Shown: piece after piece, positions 1 to 8,155 of the stretch
Layout of the letters: each line of letters opens with the position of its first letter
Position numbering within the stretch: the stretch's first letter is position 1
Source of the DNA: Devosia sp.
Lineage (GTDB): Bacteria > Pseudomonadota > Alphaproteobacteria > Rhizobiales > Devosiaceae
Assembly (NCBI RefSeq): GCF_028290645.1
Contig: NZ_JAQGJL010000199.1
Span: forward strand, 523-64,522
DNA length: 64,000 nucleotides
Direction of reading: 5' to 3'
The notes under the pieces: model-generated
Databases searched by the model: none
Seen by the model: the letters and a program-made list of their open reading frames with translations, nothing else
What the model was told of the DNA's origin: nothing
Program-made: the position numbers and the translations under genes

Positions 1-160
1 TGAGATCGAACACCGCGGCCTCGGCAACGTCGCCGAACTTGGCCAATAGTCGATCGGCTCGATAGCGCCCGCGCCTGTCGCAACGCTGGCACTCGACGGC
101 GACGAACTTCTGTCCCAACTCCGACAAGACCGGGAATGAGCCGTTCCGCCAGGTCGTCAT
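1..160 (-). CDS. hypothetical small protein, partial (runs off the window start), CxxC-containing
   Basis: ATG at 158-160 overlaps the upstream stop (TGATG coupling). Reads MTTWRNGSFPVLSELGQKFVAVECQRCDRRGRYRADRLLAKFGD... to the window edge. Confidence 0.4.
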   Translation of the reverse strand, partial: MTTWRNGSFPVLSELGQKFVAVECQRCDRRGRYRADRLLAKFGDVAEAAVFDL

Positions 161-345
161 CAGACGCTCTTGAATGGCACCCGGCTTTTGCGCTTGAAAG
201 GCTTCTCCGGGCGGCTGAGCGCCGCCTTCACCAAGCTGAGGTCGGCGCCGGTCATCTGCGCTATGTCCTTCGGCTCGAGGTAGGGATGATCGGCCTTGAT
301 CTGGCGGATGCGGGCTGACTGATTGGGTTGGACGGCTATGGTCAT
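160..345 (-). CDS. small HTH-like protein (hypothetical)
   Basis: Internal ATG at 343-345 preceded by GGAGGTG RBS. MTIAVQPNQSARIRQIKADHPYLEPKDIAQMTGADLSLVKAALSR looks like a short helix-turn-helix. The listed longer ORF start is less likely. Confidence 0.45.
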   Translation of the reverse strand: MTIAVQPNQSARIRQIKADHPYLEPKDIAQMTGADLSLVKAALSRPEKPFKRKSRVPFKSV

Positions 346-447
346 GGTCACCTCCGATCGTCTGAGGTGAGGACTCATAGCACCGTGAACAAAGTGGGAA
401 CAGCCGCTAGGGATTGCGGTCTAGGCGTCGCCGGTCATACTAGACCG
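346..447. promoter_or_regulatory. divergent intergenic region with inverted repeat GGTCTAG(418-424)/CTAGACC(440-446)
   Basis: Lies between divergently oriented small genes. The 7-bp perfect inverted repeat with a 15-nt spacer was read directly from the sequence. No promoter consensus confirmed. Confidence 0.25.
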
Positions 448-642
448 ATGCCTGAGCGAGAGGAAATCGAGGACATGGCGGGTCGCTCGGTCGAGCGGCG
501 GGTCTCCGATGCTGCCGCGCTGGCCTGGCTCAACGAGATTAAGGCGCGTCCGAACCGCACGCCGGCCGAAGAAGCGTTGGTAGAGGAGATCGACGCCGCC
601 TGGCGTGAGGCCGCCGCCCGAGACCAAACGAAACAGGGGTGA
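448..642 (+). CDS. hypothetical small protein
   Basis: ATG at 448 within the listed 328..642 ORF (whose first codon is TTG). MPEREEIEDMAGRSVERRVSDAAALAWLNEIKARPNRTPAEEALVEEIDAAW, acidic helical composition. Confidence 0.4.
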   Translation: MPEREEIEDMAGRSVERRVSDAAALAWLNEIKARPNRTPAEEALVEEIDAAWREAAARDQTKQG

Positions 643-662
643 GTTCGCCGGGGCACGGCTAG

Positions 663-860
663 CTAGTCATCGATCCCATGGCGCTCGCGCAGCCAGGCCC
701 GCAGCGACGGCGACAAGTCCAGCTTCGCGATCATTTCCCTCACCACCTCCTGGTCTGACTTCGGCTGCCCGTCGGCGGAGAGCGCCCGGCTGCGCTCGAT
801 CGCGGCGCCGATGGTCTGGCGCACGCTTGGTGCTGGGGGCTTGGCAGGGAATTTCGGCAT
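663..860 (-). CDS. hypothetical small protein
   Basis: ORF track 663..863, with the ATG one codon inside the TTG start. No recognisable domain. Confidence 0.4.
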   Translation of the reverse strand: MPKFPAKPPAPSVRQTIGAAIERSRALSADGQPKSDQEVVREMIAKLDLSPSLRAWLRERHGIDD

Positions 861-982
861 CAACGCGCCTCGAGTTACTGCGAAGCCGACTCAACCTCCC
901 GGCCCTTGCCCTCGTTCCGAGGAAACGAATCAGTGATCGCGGAAGGACTCGGATTCCTGCGTTCCCGTATTAAGTTCGGGAC

Positions 983-1870
983 ATGCTGTTAGAGAAGTCC
1001 GCCCTCCGATATATCCAGCCCGCGAAGCCCCGCCTGGTCGACGACGCGCCGGCCGGTCCGAACTGGCTGCACGAGGTGAAGTTCGACGGCTACCGCACCC
1101 AGCTGCATGTCGAGGCCGGCACCGCCAGGGCGTTCAGTTCCAGCGGGGCGGACTGGACCGGCAAGTATCCGCAGATCGTCGCGGCCGCGGCCCGGTTGCG
1201 CTGCGCCTCGGCCATCCTCGACGGTGAGGTGTACCTCCCCGACAAGCACGGTGCCTCCGATTTCGCTGGTCTCCCCTCCGCCATCCGGTGGCGGCCACAA
1301 GAATTGATCTTCGTGGCCTTCGACTTGATGCATATCGACGGCACCGACGTGCGCGCGTACCCGATCGAGGAGCGGCGTGAGGCCCTGCGGGAACTGCTGC
1401 AAAGCGCCCCCGCCCAGTGCCTCGCCTTCAGCGAGGAGCTCGGCGTCGACGGGCCCGAGGCCTTCGCCGCTATCGACAGGATGGGGCTCGAGGGCGTCGT
1501 GTCGAAGCGCCGCGGCAGCCGCTACAAGAGCGGCGATACCGACCTGTGGCTGAAGACCAAGACATTCACGGTGGGTGAGTTCGAGGTGATCGGCGCTGAC
1601 CTGTCGCAGTCCGGTGTGCCAGTGGCGATCCTGGCGCGACGCGACGAACACGGCCTGCACTACGCTGGGGATGCCTCCATCACGCTGAAGGCGGCGGACC
1701 GCGAGGACTTCTGGGCTTATGCCGAGGCGAACACTCTCGACGCCCCCGTACTGCCGCTGAAGCGTCGCGGCACCTGGCTGAAGCCGGGGCTATCGGCGAA
1801 GGTGAAGCACCTGCGCGGCGACGGCATGTTGCGCCACGCCAGCCTCAAGGGGATTAGCCGTGCCCGTTAG
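983..1870 (+). CDS. ATP-dependent DNA ligase (compact adenylation + OB-fold type)
   Basis: Motif I EVKFDGYR (KxDG lysine), EGVVSKR (motif IV-like) and LWLKTK (motif V-like) in a 295-aa protein. ATG start. Confidence 0.85.
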   Translation: MLLEKSALRYIQPAKPRLVDDAPAGPNWLHEVKFDGYRTQLHVEAGTARAFSSSGADWTGKYPQIVAAAARLRCASAILDGEVYLPDKHGASDFAGLPSAIRWRPQELIFVAFDLMHIDGTDVRAYPIEERREALRELLQSAPAQCLAFSEELGVDGPEAFAAIDRMGLEGVVSKRRGSRYKSGDTDLWLKTKTFTVGEFEVIGADLSQSGVPVAILARRDEHGLHYAGDASITLKAADREDFWAYAEANTLDAPVLPLKRRGTWLKPGLSAKVKHLRGDGMLRHASLKGISRAR

Positions 1871-1889
1871 CGCCGGTCCAGAGCCCGGA

Positions 1890-2069
1890 ATGCCCAAGGT
1901 CGAGTTCCTCGACGAGAACAAGACCCTCGCGCGATGGACCTTTGCCAACTCGCACTTCGCAACGCAGCGAGCCCAGTTCAGGTACTGGTGCGGGTGGTTC
2001 GGCTTCGACCCGGACGACCAGCCGCACGAGGTGGTGGGGAACGCCTGGCTGGTGCGCAAGCACCGCTAG
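1890..2069 (+). CDS. hypothetical small protein
   Basis: ATG at 1890 inside the listed GTG-started ORF 1860..2069, directly downstream of the ligase. MPKVEFLDENKTLARWTFANSHFATQRAQFRYWCGWFGFDPDD. Confidence 0.35.
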   Translation: MPKVEFLDENKTLARWTFANSHFATQRAQFRYWCGWFGFDPDDQPHEVVGNAWLVRKHR

Positions 2070-2197
2070 CAGCGACCGTCCCGCGCCCTTTTCGACCGTT
2101 CGGAGAGCTACTTCGATTTGGGCTGTAGCTCGAATGGGGCAATTACCCACCCTTTGCCGAAAAGCGACAATATCTTCCTCAACAGAGGAGGGTAACG

Positions 2198-2419
2198 ATG
2201 AAGCTCAGAGCGGCTATACTTGTCTGTGCCATTTCGGCATTGACGACAATCCCGGCTATGGCCGTGCCGGTGGACAAGAATCCGAACGCCAACGGCAACG
2301 GCTATGCGGTGGGGGCTACGGGGCCGGTTGCCGGGGCAGGCCTGGCCTTCCTCGCAGCTGGCGGCGGGTATCTGCTGCTCCGGTTCCGCAAACGCAAAAC
2401 CGGTTCTCGACCGGAATAG
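2198..2419 (+). CDS. small secreted protein with C-terminal hydrophobic helix plus basic tail (sorting-signal-like)
   Basis: Strong RBS GAGGAGG 7-8 nt upstream of the ATG. N-terminal signal peptide MKLRAAILVCAISALTTIPAMA. C-terminus GLAFLAAGGGYLLLRFRKRK resembles PEP-CTERM/VPLPA-CTERM-type anchors. Confidence 0.6.
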   Translation: MKLRAAILVCAISALTTIPAMAVPVDKNPNANGNGYAVGATGPVAGAGLAFLAAGGGYLLLRFRKRKTGSRPE

Positions 2420-2732
2420 CACTAGGCTCTGGCCGTAGTTGTTTTCCTGACGATACCCCTCTCCACCGCAACGGGGGGTGTCCGAGCAGCGGGCAGCTTC
2501 CTGGTGGCCCATGAAGCGCCCGCTGCGTCACGCGCCCGCCGGATACTGACCACCGGAGGGGCAATAGGGGCCCCGTGGAGACTCGCAGCCGGTTTTGGCT
2601 AGGCGGTACCATTCGAGCGGTTCTTGCCCGTCCTGAGCGAAATTTATGGGCCCCGGCGACCCTCACGGGGCGGACGCTTGCGCATCTCTCCGTGATGGGC
2701 GAGGCTGCATCGCTTCGAGGGGTCGGGGGGCC

Positions 2733-3728
2733 ATGGACGCAGAAAGCCTGTTCGAGACATACGCGGCCACGAAGGTAACGGTTGTCAGCGGTGATCTGGT
2801 TTCCAACCAAGCCAGTTGGCTAGACCAGGAGGTCTACCCCTCTCTGGAGGCGGCCAGTCGAGCAGCTCGGGACGATGCCCGTCATGCTGGCAAGGTGATG
2901 CAGATGATATTGCATCTACCTGGCAATCTCGACCGCCCCCTCACGACCGACGAAATACGAGAGGTGCTCAAGCCGCGGCGGGAGTATCACAACGCCGTTC
3001 GGACGGGCCTTCGCTTGGCACGGGATCGGATCGAACCGCTCGCCAACCAGCTCACGAGCATCGTCATCGAGTTCAACAACGATGGGCGGCTCGGGAGCCC
3101 GAGGCACCTTGAAGCCATGCGCAAGGTCTGTACGGGGACGCTGCGCGAGGCGGGCGAGGTAATCGTGCGAACGCTCATCGCCCGCAAAGGCGACAACGCG
3201 GGCAACCGTCGCGAGGAATTGGCCTCCGCTATCGGAGAACTTATCCCGCCCATCCAGCGTGAGTTCGATGCGCACGACGGAACACCGCTGCTCTCCAAGC
3301 CCATCGAGGAACGGGCCGCGCTCGACGTGGAATTGGCGCGCATCGTGAGCCGTATCTTGCTCGATTTTGACGAGGGAGTTTATCACATGGCCGAAGAGCC
3401 GGAACGCGGCGGAAATATCCACATCGGCCGCATCGACCAGATGGCCGGACATATCGGCTTCGGCAACTCAGGCAACGTGCGCGCCGAGCAGACCATGAAC
3501 CAGGCGGCTCTGTTTCAGAGCCTGTCGTCAGCCCTCCAGAGCGCCATAGCTGACAAGGCGGAACTGGAGAAGCTGTTGGCGCTCGTTCAGCGGATGGATC
3601 AGCAGCGGACCGTACCCGCGCTCTTTGCGGCGGCCTATGGCGAGTTCATCGCTGCAGCAGCGAACCACATGCAGATCGTTGCCCCTTTCCTGCCGGCCCT
3701 TCTGCCCTTCCTGGGCGGGGGAGTGTAG
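2733..3728 (+). CDS. hypothetical protein (332 aa), no recognisable domain
   Basis: Internal ATG at 2733 (MDAESLFETY...) after a G-rich RBS-like stretch. The upstream part of listed ORF 2646..3728 looks non-coding. C-terminus is hydrophobic (VAPFLPALLPFLGGGV). Confidence 0.5.
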   Translation: MDAESLFETYAATKVTVVSGDLVSNQASWLDQEVYPSLEAASRAARDDARHAGKVMQMILHLPGNLDRPLTTDEIREVLKPRREYHNAVRTGLRLARDRIEPLANQLTSIVIEFNNDGRLGSPRHLEAMRKVCTGTLREAGEVIVRTLIARKGDNAGNRREELASAIGELIPPIQREFDAHDGTPLLSKPIEERAALDVELARIVSRILLDFDEGVYHMAEEPERGGNIHIGRIDQMAGHIGFGNSGNVRAEQTMNQAALFQSLSSALQSAIADKAELEKLLALVQRMDQQRTVPALFAAAYGEFIAAAANHMQIVAPFLPALLPFLGGGV

Positions 3729-4013
3729 GACAACATGGAGAAGTTCAATCTTGAGCACTGCTGGTAGCTGCGGCTGGAGTGGCGATGGCCGCGGCACCGA
3801 CGGCCATCGGACACAAGGCCCTACGTCTGATCGGCATCGGCTTTCTCTGCTTCGGCATAGGCGAATGGATCAACCGGCCGATCGTGCAGCAGCCCTACGC
3901 GGGGGGCGAAAATCGGATCGCCCCGGCGTTCGAATACCGGCGGGCGGTATCGGCCTAGTGCCCCCACGAGCCATTTGATATCCCCTTTTTCAGAAAGAGG
4001 AGACGAATCAATC

Positions 4014-4796
4014 ATGTGTCGTAAACTGAAAACTCTAGGAGTGCTGTCGGCATTGGCGGCAATGGCGATAGTCGCGCTGCCCGCTTCTGCGCAGGAAGTC
4101 CTTAAAGCCGCCGGGGGCGCGGGACCGGGCGCGCCATATCATGTCGTCGATCCGGCAACGAAGGCGCAGAGCGGCATCATGGTGGATCTGCTCAACGCCA
4201 TCGGAAAGGACGCTGGGTTCACCGTGGAATACGTCGAACCAATCCCGGTCGCCGACCTGATTCCTTCGCTGGTAGAGGGCAAGATCGACGTTATCGCGAA
4301 CAACCTCGGGATCACAGACGAGCGGCTGAAGCTCATCGATTTCTCGATCCCGTTCTTCAACGCTGGCGAAACCCTGCTGGTGCTCGAGACCGACACAACC
4401 GGCTACGAAGAACTCGATCACCTGAAGGGCGCAAAGGTCGGCGCTGTGAAGGGCTCGCTCTATGAGCCGGCGCTGATTGCCATGGGCGACAAGCTCGACG
4501 AAGTGAAGCTCTACGCGACGACTGCCGAGGTCGCTGACGCGGTTCTGAAAGGAGAGGTCAAGGCAGGCGTACTATCGAGCGTGCCAGTGGAGTACGCGCT
4601 GTCGCAAGGCAATTACAAAGGGCTGAAGATTGTCCCAACCTACCAGCAGACGCTAACGAGCCAGCTTGGTCTCGGCATCGCTAAGGGTAGGCCCGAGCTG
4701 CTGAAGCGGATCAACGACTCACTGGGCAAACTCATCGCCGACGGTACCGTGGCGACGATCTTCTCCGCGAACGGGATCAAATGGATCGCACCATAA
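4014..4796 (+). CDS. amino-acid ABC transporter substrate-binding protein (family-3 SBP), orphan
   Basis: RBS AGAGGAG upstream of ATG 4014. Signal peptide MCRKLKTLGVLSALAAMAIVALPASA. Typical SBP_bac_3 pattern IDVIANNLGITDERLKLIDFSIPFF. No permease or ATPase gene adjacent. Confidence 0.85.
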   Translation: MCRKLKTLGVLSALAAMAIVALPASAQEVLKAAGGAGPGAPYHVVDPATKAQSGIMVDLLNAIGKDAGFTVEYVEPIPVADLIPSLVEGKIDVIANNLGITDERLKLIDFSIPFFNAGETLLVLETDTTGYEELDHLKGAKVGAVKGSLYEPALIAMGDKLDEVKLYATTAEVADAVLKGEVKAGVLSSVPVEYALSQGNYKGLKIVPTYQQTLTSQLGLGIAKGRPELLKRINDSLGKLIADGTVATIFSANGIKWIAP

Positions 4797-5139
4797 TCGA
4801 TTCGTGACCTACGCTGATCAGGCGCGGCGCCCGACGCCGAGCAGCAGCAGGCCGACTGTTCCGCTCACCACGTCCGACGACCTAGGCGGCAGCTCTGCAC
4901 CCTTGAAGCTGACAACGAGCTGCTGCCCCTGGGTTCCCAGGTAGTTCCTTCTTAGTCCAGCACTTCGACGACCGTCGCGCTGGTAGCGCGGCGGGATGTT
5001 CGGCGGGTAGTAGGGGCAGGAACGACCCCGACCTCCCTTGAGGGAAGCCGGGGCCAGTGCTTAGGGAGTCACGTATCCAAACTATTCCATCTTCGCCGCG
5101 GCCCGGATCAATTCCTCGCGAAGCCGGTCTACTGCTGAG

Positions 5140-5217
5140 CTAAAGCAGGATCATCCCGACGATCATCGCCGTCCCGAGCAGCATGATCACCACGTCGGAA
5201 GCGCGGAGCCAGCCCAT
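5140..5217 (-). CDS. candidate 25-aa single-pass membrane peptide
   Basis: ATG overlaps the stop of the RlpA-like gene by 1 nt (TGATG). MGWLRASDVVIMLLGTAMIVGMILL. Last ORF of the lysis cassette. Very short, so weakly supported. Confidence 0.3.
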   Translation of the reverse strand: MGWLRASDVVIMLLGTAMIVGMILL

Positions 5218-5591
5218 CACAGCCGCTCCACGCACACACGCCCGACGCCGGCATGGGTCAGCCCGATACGGCGTGCGGCCGCAGTCGATATATCCAACGA
5301 CCGGCCACGAATGAACGGCCCGCGATCCCTTACGATCAGCACCACCGACTTGCCTCGATAGCTGACCCTGATCTTCGTGCCGAACGTCCACGAGCGATGG
5401 GCGGCAACCATCTGCGTGCCGTCGAAATAGGACCCGTCAGCGGTGCGCCGACCCGATTCCGCGCCATAGTGCGAGGCGGTGACAAGTTGCCCCTGGCATT
5501 GGGTGGCGAGCGCGGGCGTGCCCAAGAAAAAGGTCGCGCATCCGAGGATGGCGGCCGATGCTGCAAACGCAGCGATGATCGGGTGTTTCAT
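5217..5591 (-). CDS. RlpA-like (DPBB fold) lipoprotein
   Basis: Internal ATG at 5591 (MKHPIIAAFAASAAILGCA has a lipobox-like ILGC). ASHYGAESGRRTADGSYFDG...KIRVSYRGKSVVLIVRDRGPFIRGRSLDIS matches the RlpA double-psi beta-barrel pattern. Confidence 0.8.
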   Translation of the reverse strand: MKHPIIAAFAASAAILGCATFFLGTPALATQCQGQLVTASHYGAESGRRTADGSYFDGTQMVAAHRSWTFGTKIRVSYRGKSVVLIVRDRGPFIRGRSLDISTAAARRIGLTHAGVGRVCVERL

Positions 5592-5595
5592 CTCT

Positions 5596-6018
5596 TCATC
5601 CGGTTGAGGGTTTCTTCCGAGTGGGTATGCGCCGGCGTAGCGGCCGTTCCTCTGCAAGCCGACGTTCGAAAAGCTGCTGGGCGCGGTCCTCGACTTCTTC
5701 CTGTGTGGCCTGGGCTTCGAGGTGCTCTTCGTAGAGTTTGGCGAGGCCCTTGATCGCGTCAGCGGTCGCCTCGAGATGCATGTTGGTGCGGACCTGTTGC
5801 TGGATCAGGAGGCCGACCCCCTCGACCAGTTCCTTCACCGGCCCCATGTCCGCCAGCTGCCCGGCGGCATAGAACTCCTGCACTTTGGGCCGGTCCGGGC
5901 CTTCCTTCTTCCCGATGGTCCGGCTGTAGGCAGCGAACCCGGCGGCAAGGATCACGAAGGCCACCGTTGCAAAGCCGGTGTATTCCTGGGGGATGCCGAG
6001 ACTAGTGAGCCATTCCAT
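5596..6018 (-). CDS. membrane-anchored coiled-coil protein (i-spanin-like position)
   Basis: ATG at 6018 (MEWLTSLGIPQEYTGFATVAFVILAAGFAAY gives an N-terminal TM), followed by a charged helical region. Sits between membrane proteins and the lipoprotein. Confidence 0.5.
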   Translation of the reverse strand: MEWLTSLGIPQEYTGFATVAFVILAAGFAAYSRTIGKKEGPDRPKVQEFYAAGQLADMGPVKELVEGVGLLIQQQVRTNMHLEATADAIKGLAKLYEEHLEAQATQEEVEDRAQQLFERRLAEERPLRRRIPTRKKPSTG

Positions 6019-6457
6019 CGCTTGCCGCCTTAGCTCTGCCGGTGTCGCGCCACGCGTGAAAGATGCACCAGAGCTCCAAGGCAAGGGGCAGCGGGTAGAT
6101 GCGATTTCCGGCCGTTGCGACCGCGCTCACCGACAATAGGACCATGAACCAGAAGGCCGCCGACGCTATGGCGGTAATGCCCCGGACATGCGGGGAGTAT
6201 TTCGAATAGGCAGTATCGGCGAAGGTGCCGTTGACCGCGAGGGCGAGCAGCCGGGCAAGCCCCGCGGCGATGCAGAGCCAGCCCCAGGCATTCTCCGGGA
6301 GGTACTGCGTCATCCCTTGCCATGCTGTGACGTTGGCCCAGGCATCGTTCGCCCCGACGAGACCGAGCCCGTAGTTGGTCAGGGTGAGGCCCATGAACCA
6401 CTCGGTGACGCGGGACTCGAAGTGGGTTTTGATCCCGGTGACGATCCTGAAAAACAT
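6002..6457 (-). CDS. multi-pass membrane protein (phage, function unknown)
   Basis: ATG at 6457 overlaps the upstream stop by 1 nt. About four hydrophobic segments (GLTLTNYGLGLVG, WGWLCIAAGLARLLALAV, ITAIASAAFWFMVLLSVSAV, LPLALELWCIF). Confidence 0.5.
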   Translation of the reverse strand: MFFRIVTGIKTHFESRVTEWFMGLTLTNYGLGLVGANDAWANVTAWQGMTQYLPENAWGWLCIAAGLARLLALAVNGTFADTAYSKYSPHVRGITAIASAAFWFMVLLSVSAVATAGNRIYPLPLALELWCIFHAWRDTGRAKAASDGMAH

Positions 6458-6831
6458 CACCCCGACCTCTTCTTCCAAGGGCCATCGAAGATCGTCGGTC
6501 GGGGCTTCTTCTTCCTGCCGAACTCAAACGGGCCACGGGCATCCGCGCCGCCGTTGAGCTCGCCGCCGGTGAATTCCTCCGGCGCCGGCTTGGACGTCGG
6601 TTTCTTCGGCAGCACGGCGAGCACCAGCCCGAGGATGATCGCCCCCGCTCCGGCAACGGCTGGCCAGCCGCCGAACTGCTTCACCGCCTTGGCGAAACCC
6701 CAGAGGGCACCGATGATGATTGCCAGCGTGCCGCCGACGATGAGCGTCTGAACGAACCAGCCGAGGCCGTTCCACCAGGCCCATGCCGCGCGTTGGGCAT
6801 GGCAACTGATGTCGAGAAGGGTGCAGTTCAT
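6457..6831 (-). CDS. holin-like two-TM membrane protein
   Basis: ATG at 6831 forms an ATGA overlap with the endolysin stop. Two TM helices (FVQTLIVGGTLAIIIGALWGF, AVAGAGAIILGLVLAVL) and a lysine-rich C-terminus. Confidence 0.5.
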   Translation of the reverse strand: MNCTLLDISCHAQRAAWAWWNGLGWFVQTLIVGGTLAIIIGALWGFAKAVKQFGGWPAVAGAGAIILGLVLAVLPKKPTSKPAPEEFTGGELNGGADARGPFEFGRKKKPRPTIFDGPWKKRSG

Positions 6832-7955
6832 CGCCGCGCCCCTTCCTGCACTGCCGCGACGGAAGCCTGCTCGCCCTTCCGGCCATTGAGGTAGAGCCAG
6901 CCAGCGACGGCGAAGAAGATCAGCAGATAGACCCACCAGTCGATGAAGCCGAGCACGTCAAGGATGGGCTGGGCACCATCGCGAATATCCTCAAAGCTGC
7001 CGACCACCCAATTGCCGAAGCCGACAGCGGCAGTGCCGATCATGCCCCAGAGGCCGGCCACCTTGGTGAACCAGTTGGCTTTTGCCTCCGGTGCTGCGTC
7101 GCGCACCTCTTTGGCCGTAGCATCCTGCCGAGCCGTGGAGATTTCTCGGGGCTTGGCCTTGGCCAGTGCGACCAACAGACTGCTGTCGATAGTCGATCCG
7201 AGCGGCAGGCCGGCGTCGTGCCGGAAGATCAGGATCGCCTTTTCGGTGAAGTCGCCGAAGTCGCCGTCGACGTTGCCGATCTCGGTATAGCCGAGCTCCT
7301 TTAGCCGACGCTGCACCTGGGCAACGACCTCGTTGTTGCGGGCGCCCTTCACGGGAAAGTCTTGCGGAGGTGCCGGGCGCGGCTTCGGCGCCGGTTTCCC
7401 TCTTACGCTGGCGAGGATGGCCTCGAGCTCGTCGGCTTCTATCTGCGACTTGTTCACACCATCGCCGGCGTAATAGCTCTCTCCCCGCGTGACGGTCCGC
7501 TGCGCGCCCTTGAGCGTGGAGAGGACGGGCATGGACGCCCATTCCTTGGCCAGCGCGAGGGCGAATGCCGACGGCGTGATCTGGCCGCTGGTGAAGGCCT
7601 GCCAGCCGCGCGCCGTCAGCAGTGCATAGCCGAGGCGGTCCTGCAGGTCCGGGGTGAATTTGGCCGAACCGGGAATGCCGAGCTGCGCCACCAGGCCGGC
7701 GAGGGTCTTGCGGATGATCTGGTATTTGCCGGCTGCCGAGCCGCGGTGCTTCTTGCCCTTGATCGTCCAACCCGTCGAGCCCCAGACCTTCTGAGCCGCG
7801 AGCAGTTCATCGATCGTGTAGTCGGTGAGCGGCTTGGGGAGCTTGGCCTGCTGATGGAACACCAGCACGTCATAGGCCTCGCGGCCCGACTCGCCGGTCT
7901 CTGCCCGGCCGATGAAGTCGAGCAGCGTCGCCGCCCCCGCAGGTGCGTTGGTCAT
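6828..7955 (-). CDS. endolysin: lysozyme-like (lambda R/GH104-like) domain + PG_binding_1 domain + C-terminal TM segments
   Basis: LLDFIGRAETGE...SAAGKYQIIRKTL (muramidase/transglycosylase-like). VAQVQRRLKELGYTEIGNVDGDFGDFTEKAILIFRHDAGLP (peptidoglycan-binding repeat). C-terminal GLWGMIGTAAVGFGNWVV and WWVYLLIFFAVAGWLYL. GGAGA RBS. Confidence 0.8.
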   Translation of the reverse strand: MTNAPAGAATLLDFIGRAETGESGREAYDVLVFHQQAKLPKPLTDYTIDELLAAQKVWGSTGWTIKGKKHRGSAAGKYQIIRKTLAGLVAQLGIPGSAKFTPDLQDRLGYALLTARGWQAFTSGQITPSAFALALAKEWASMPVLSTLKGAQRTVTRGESYYAGDGVNKSQIEADELEAILASVRGKPAPKPRPAPPQDFPVKGARNNEVVAQVQRRLKELGYTEIGNVDGDFGDFTEKAILIFRHDAGLPLGSTIDSSLLVALAKAKPREISTARQDATAKEVRDAAPEAKANWFTKVAGLWGMIGTAAVGFGNWVVGSFEDIRDGAQPILDVLGFIDWWVYLLIFFAVAGWLYLNGRKGEQASVAAVQEGARR

Positions 7956-8155
7956 GGTGGTCTCCGTTGACGTTGGTGACGTTGCCGCGCGAGAGTGCGG
8001 CGGGGGCTAGACGATCCTGCTTGAGGACCTTCGGATCATCGCCAGAGGCTTGAGGACCAACCGCCGCTTCCGCGAGGGGGTGGTGTTGCTCGTCCTGCTA
8101 TGGGGCGCTGCGGTGTGGCTGGGGCTTAGGCTGCTGGCGGCTCTATAGGCGCGCC

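Noticed and set aside
4797-5139. A roughly 110-codon minus-strand open frame ending ...VVSGTVGLLLLGVGRRA* (PEP-CTERM-like tail), and a search for attL here
   Set aside because: The frame has no ATG/GTG/TTG start and an Arg/Gly/Pro-rich non-coding-like composition upstream of the tail. I also found no convincing direct repeat shared with 38115-38540 by eye, so neither a gene nor an att site is claimed.
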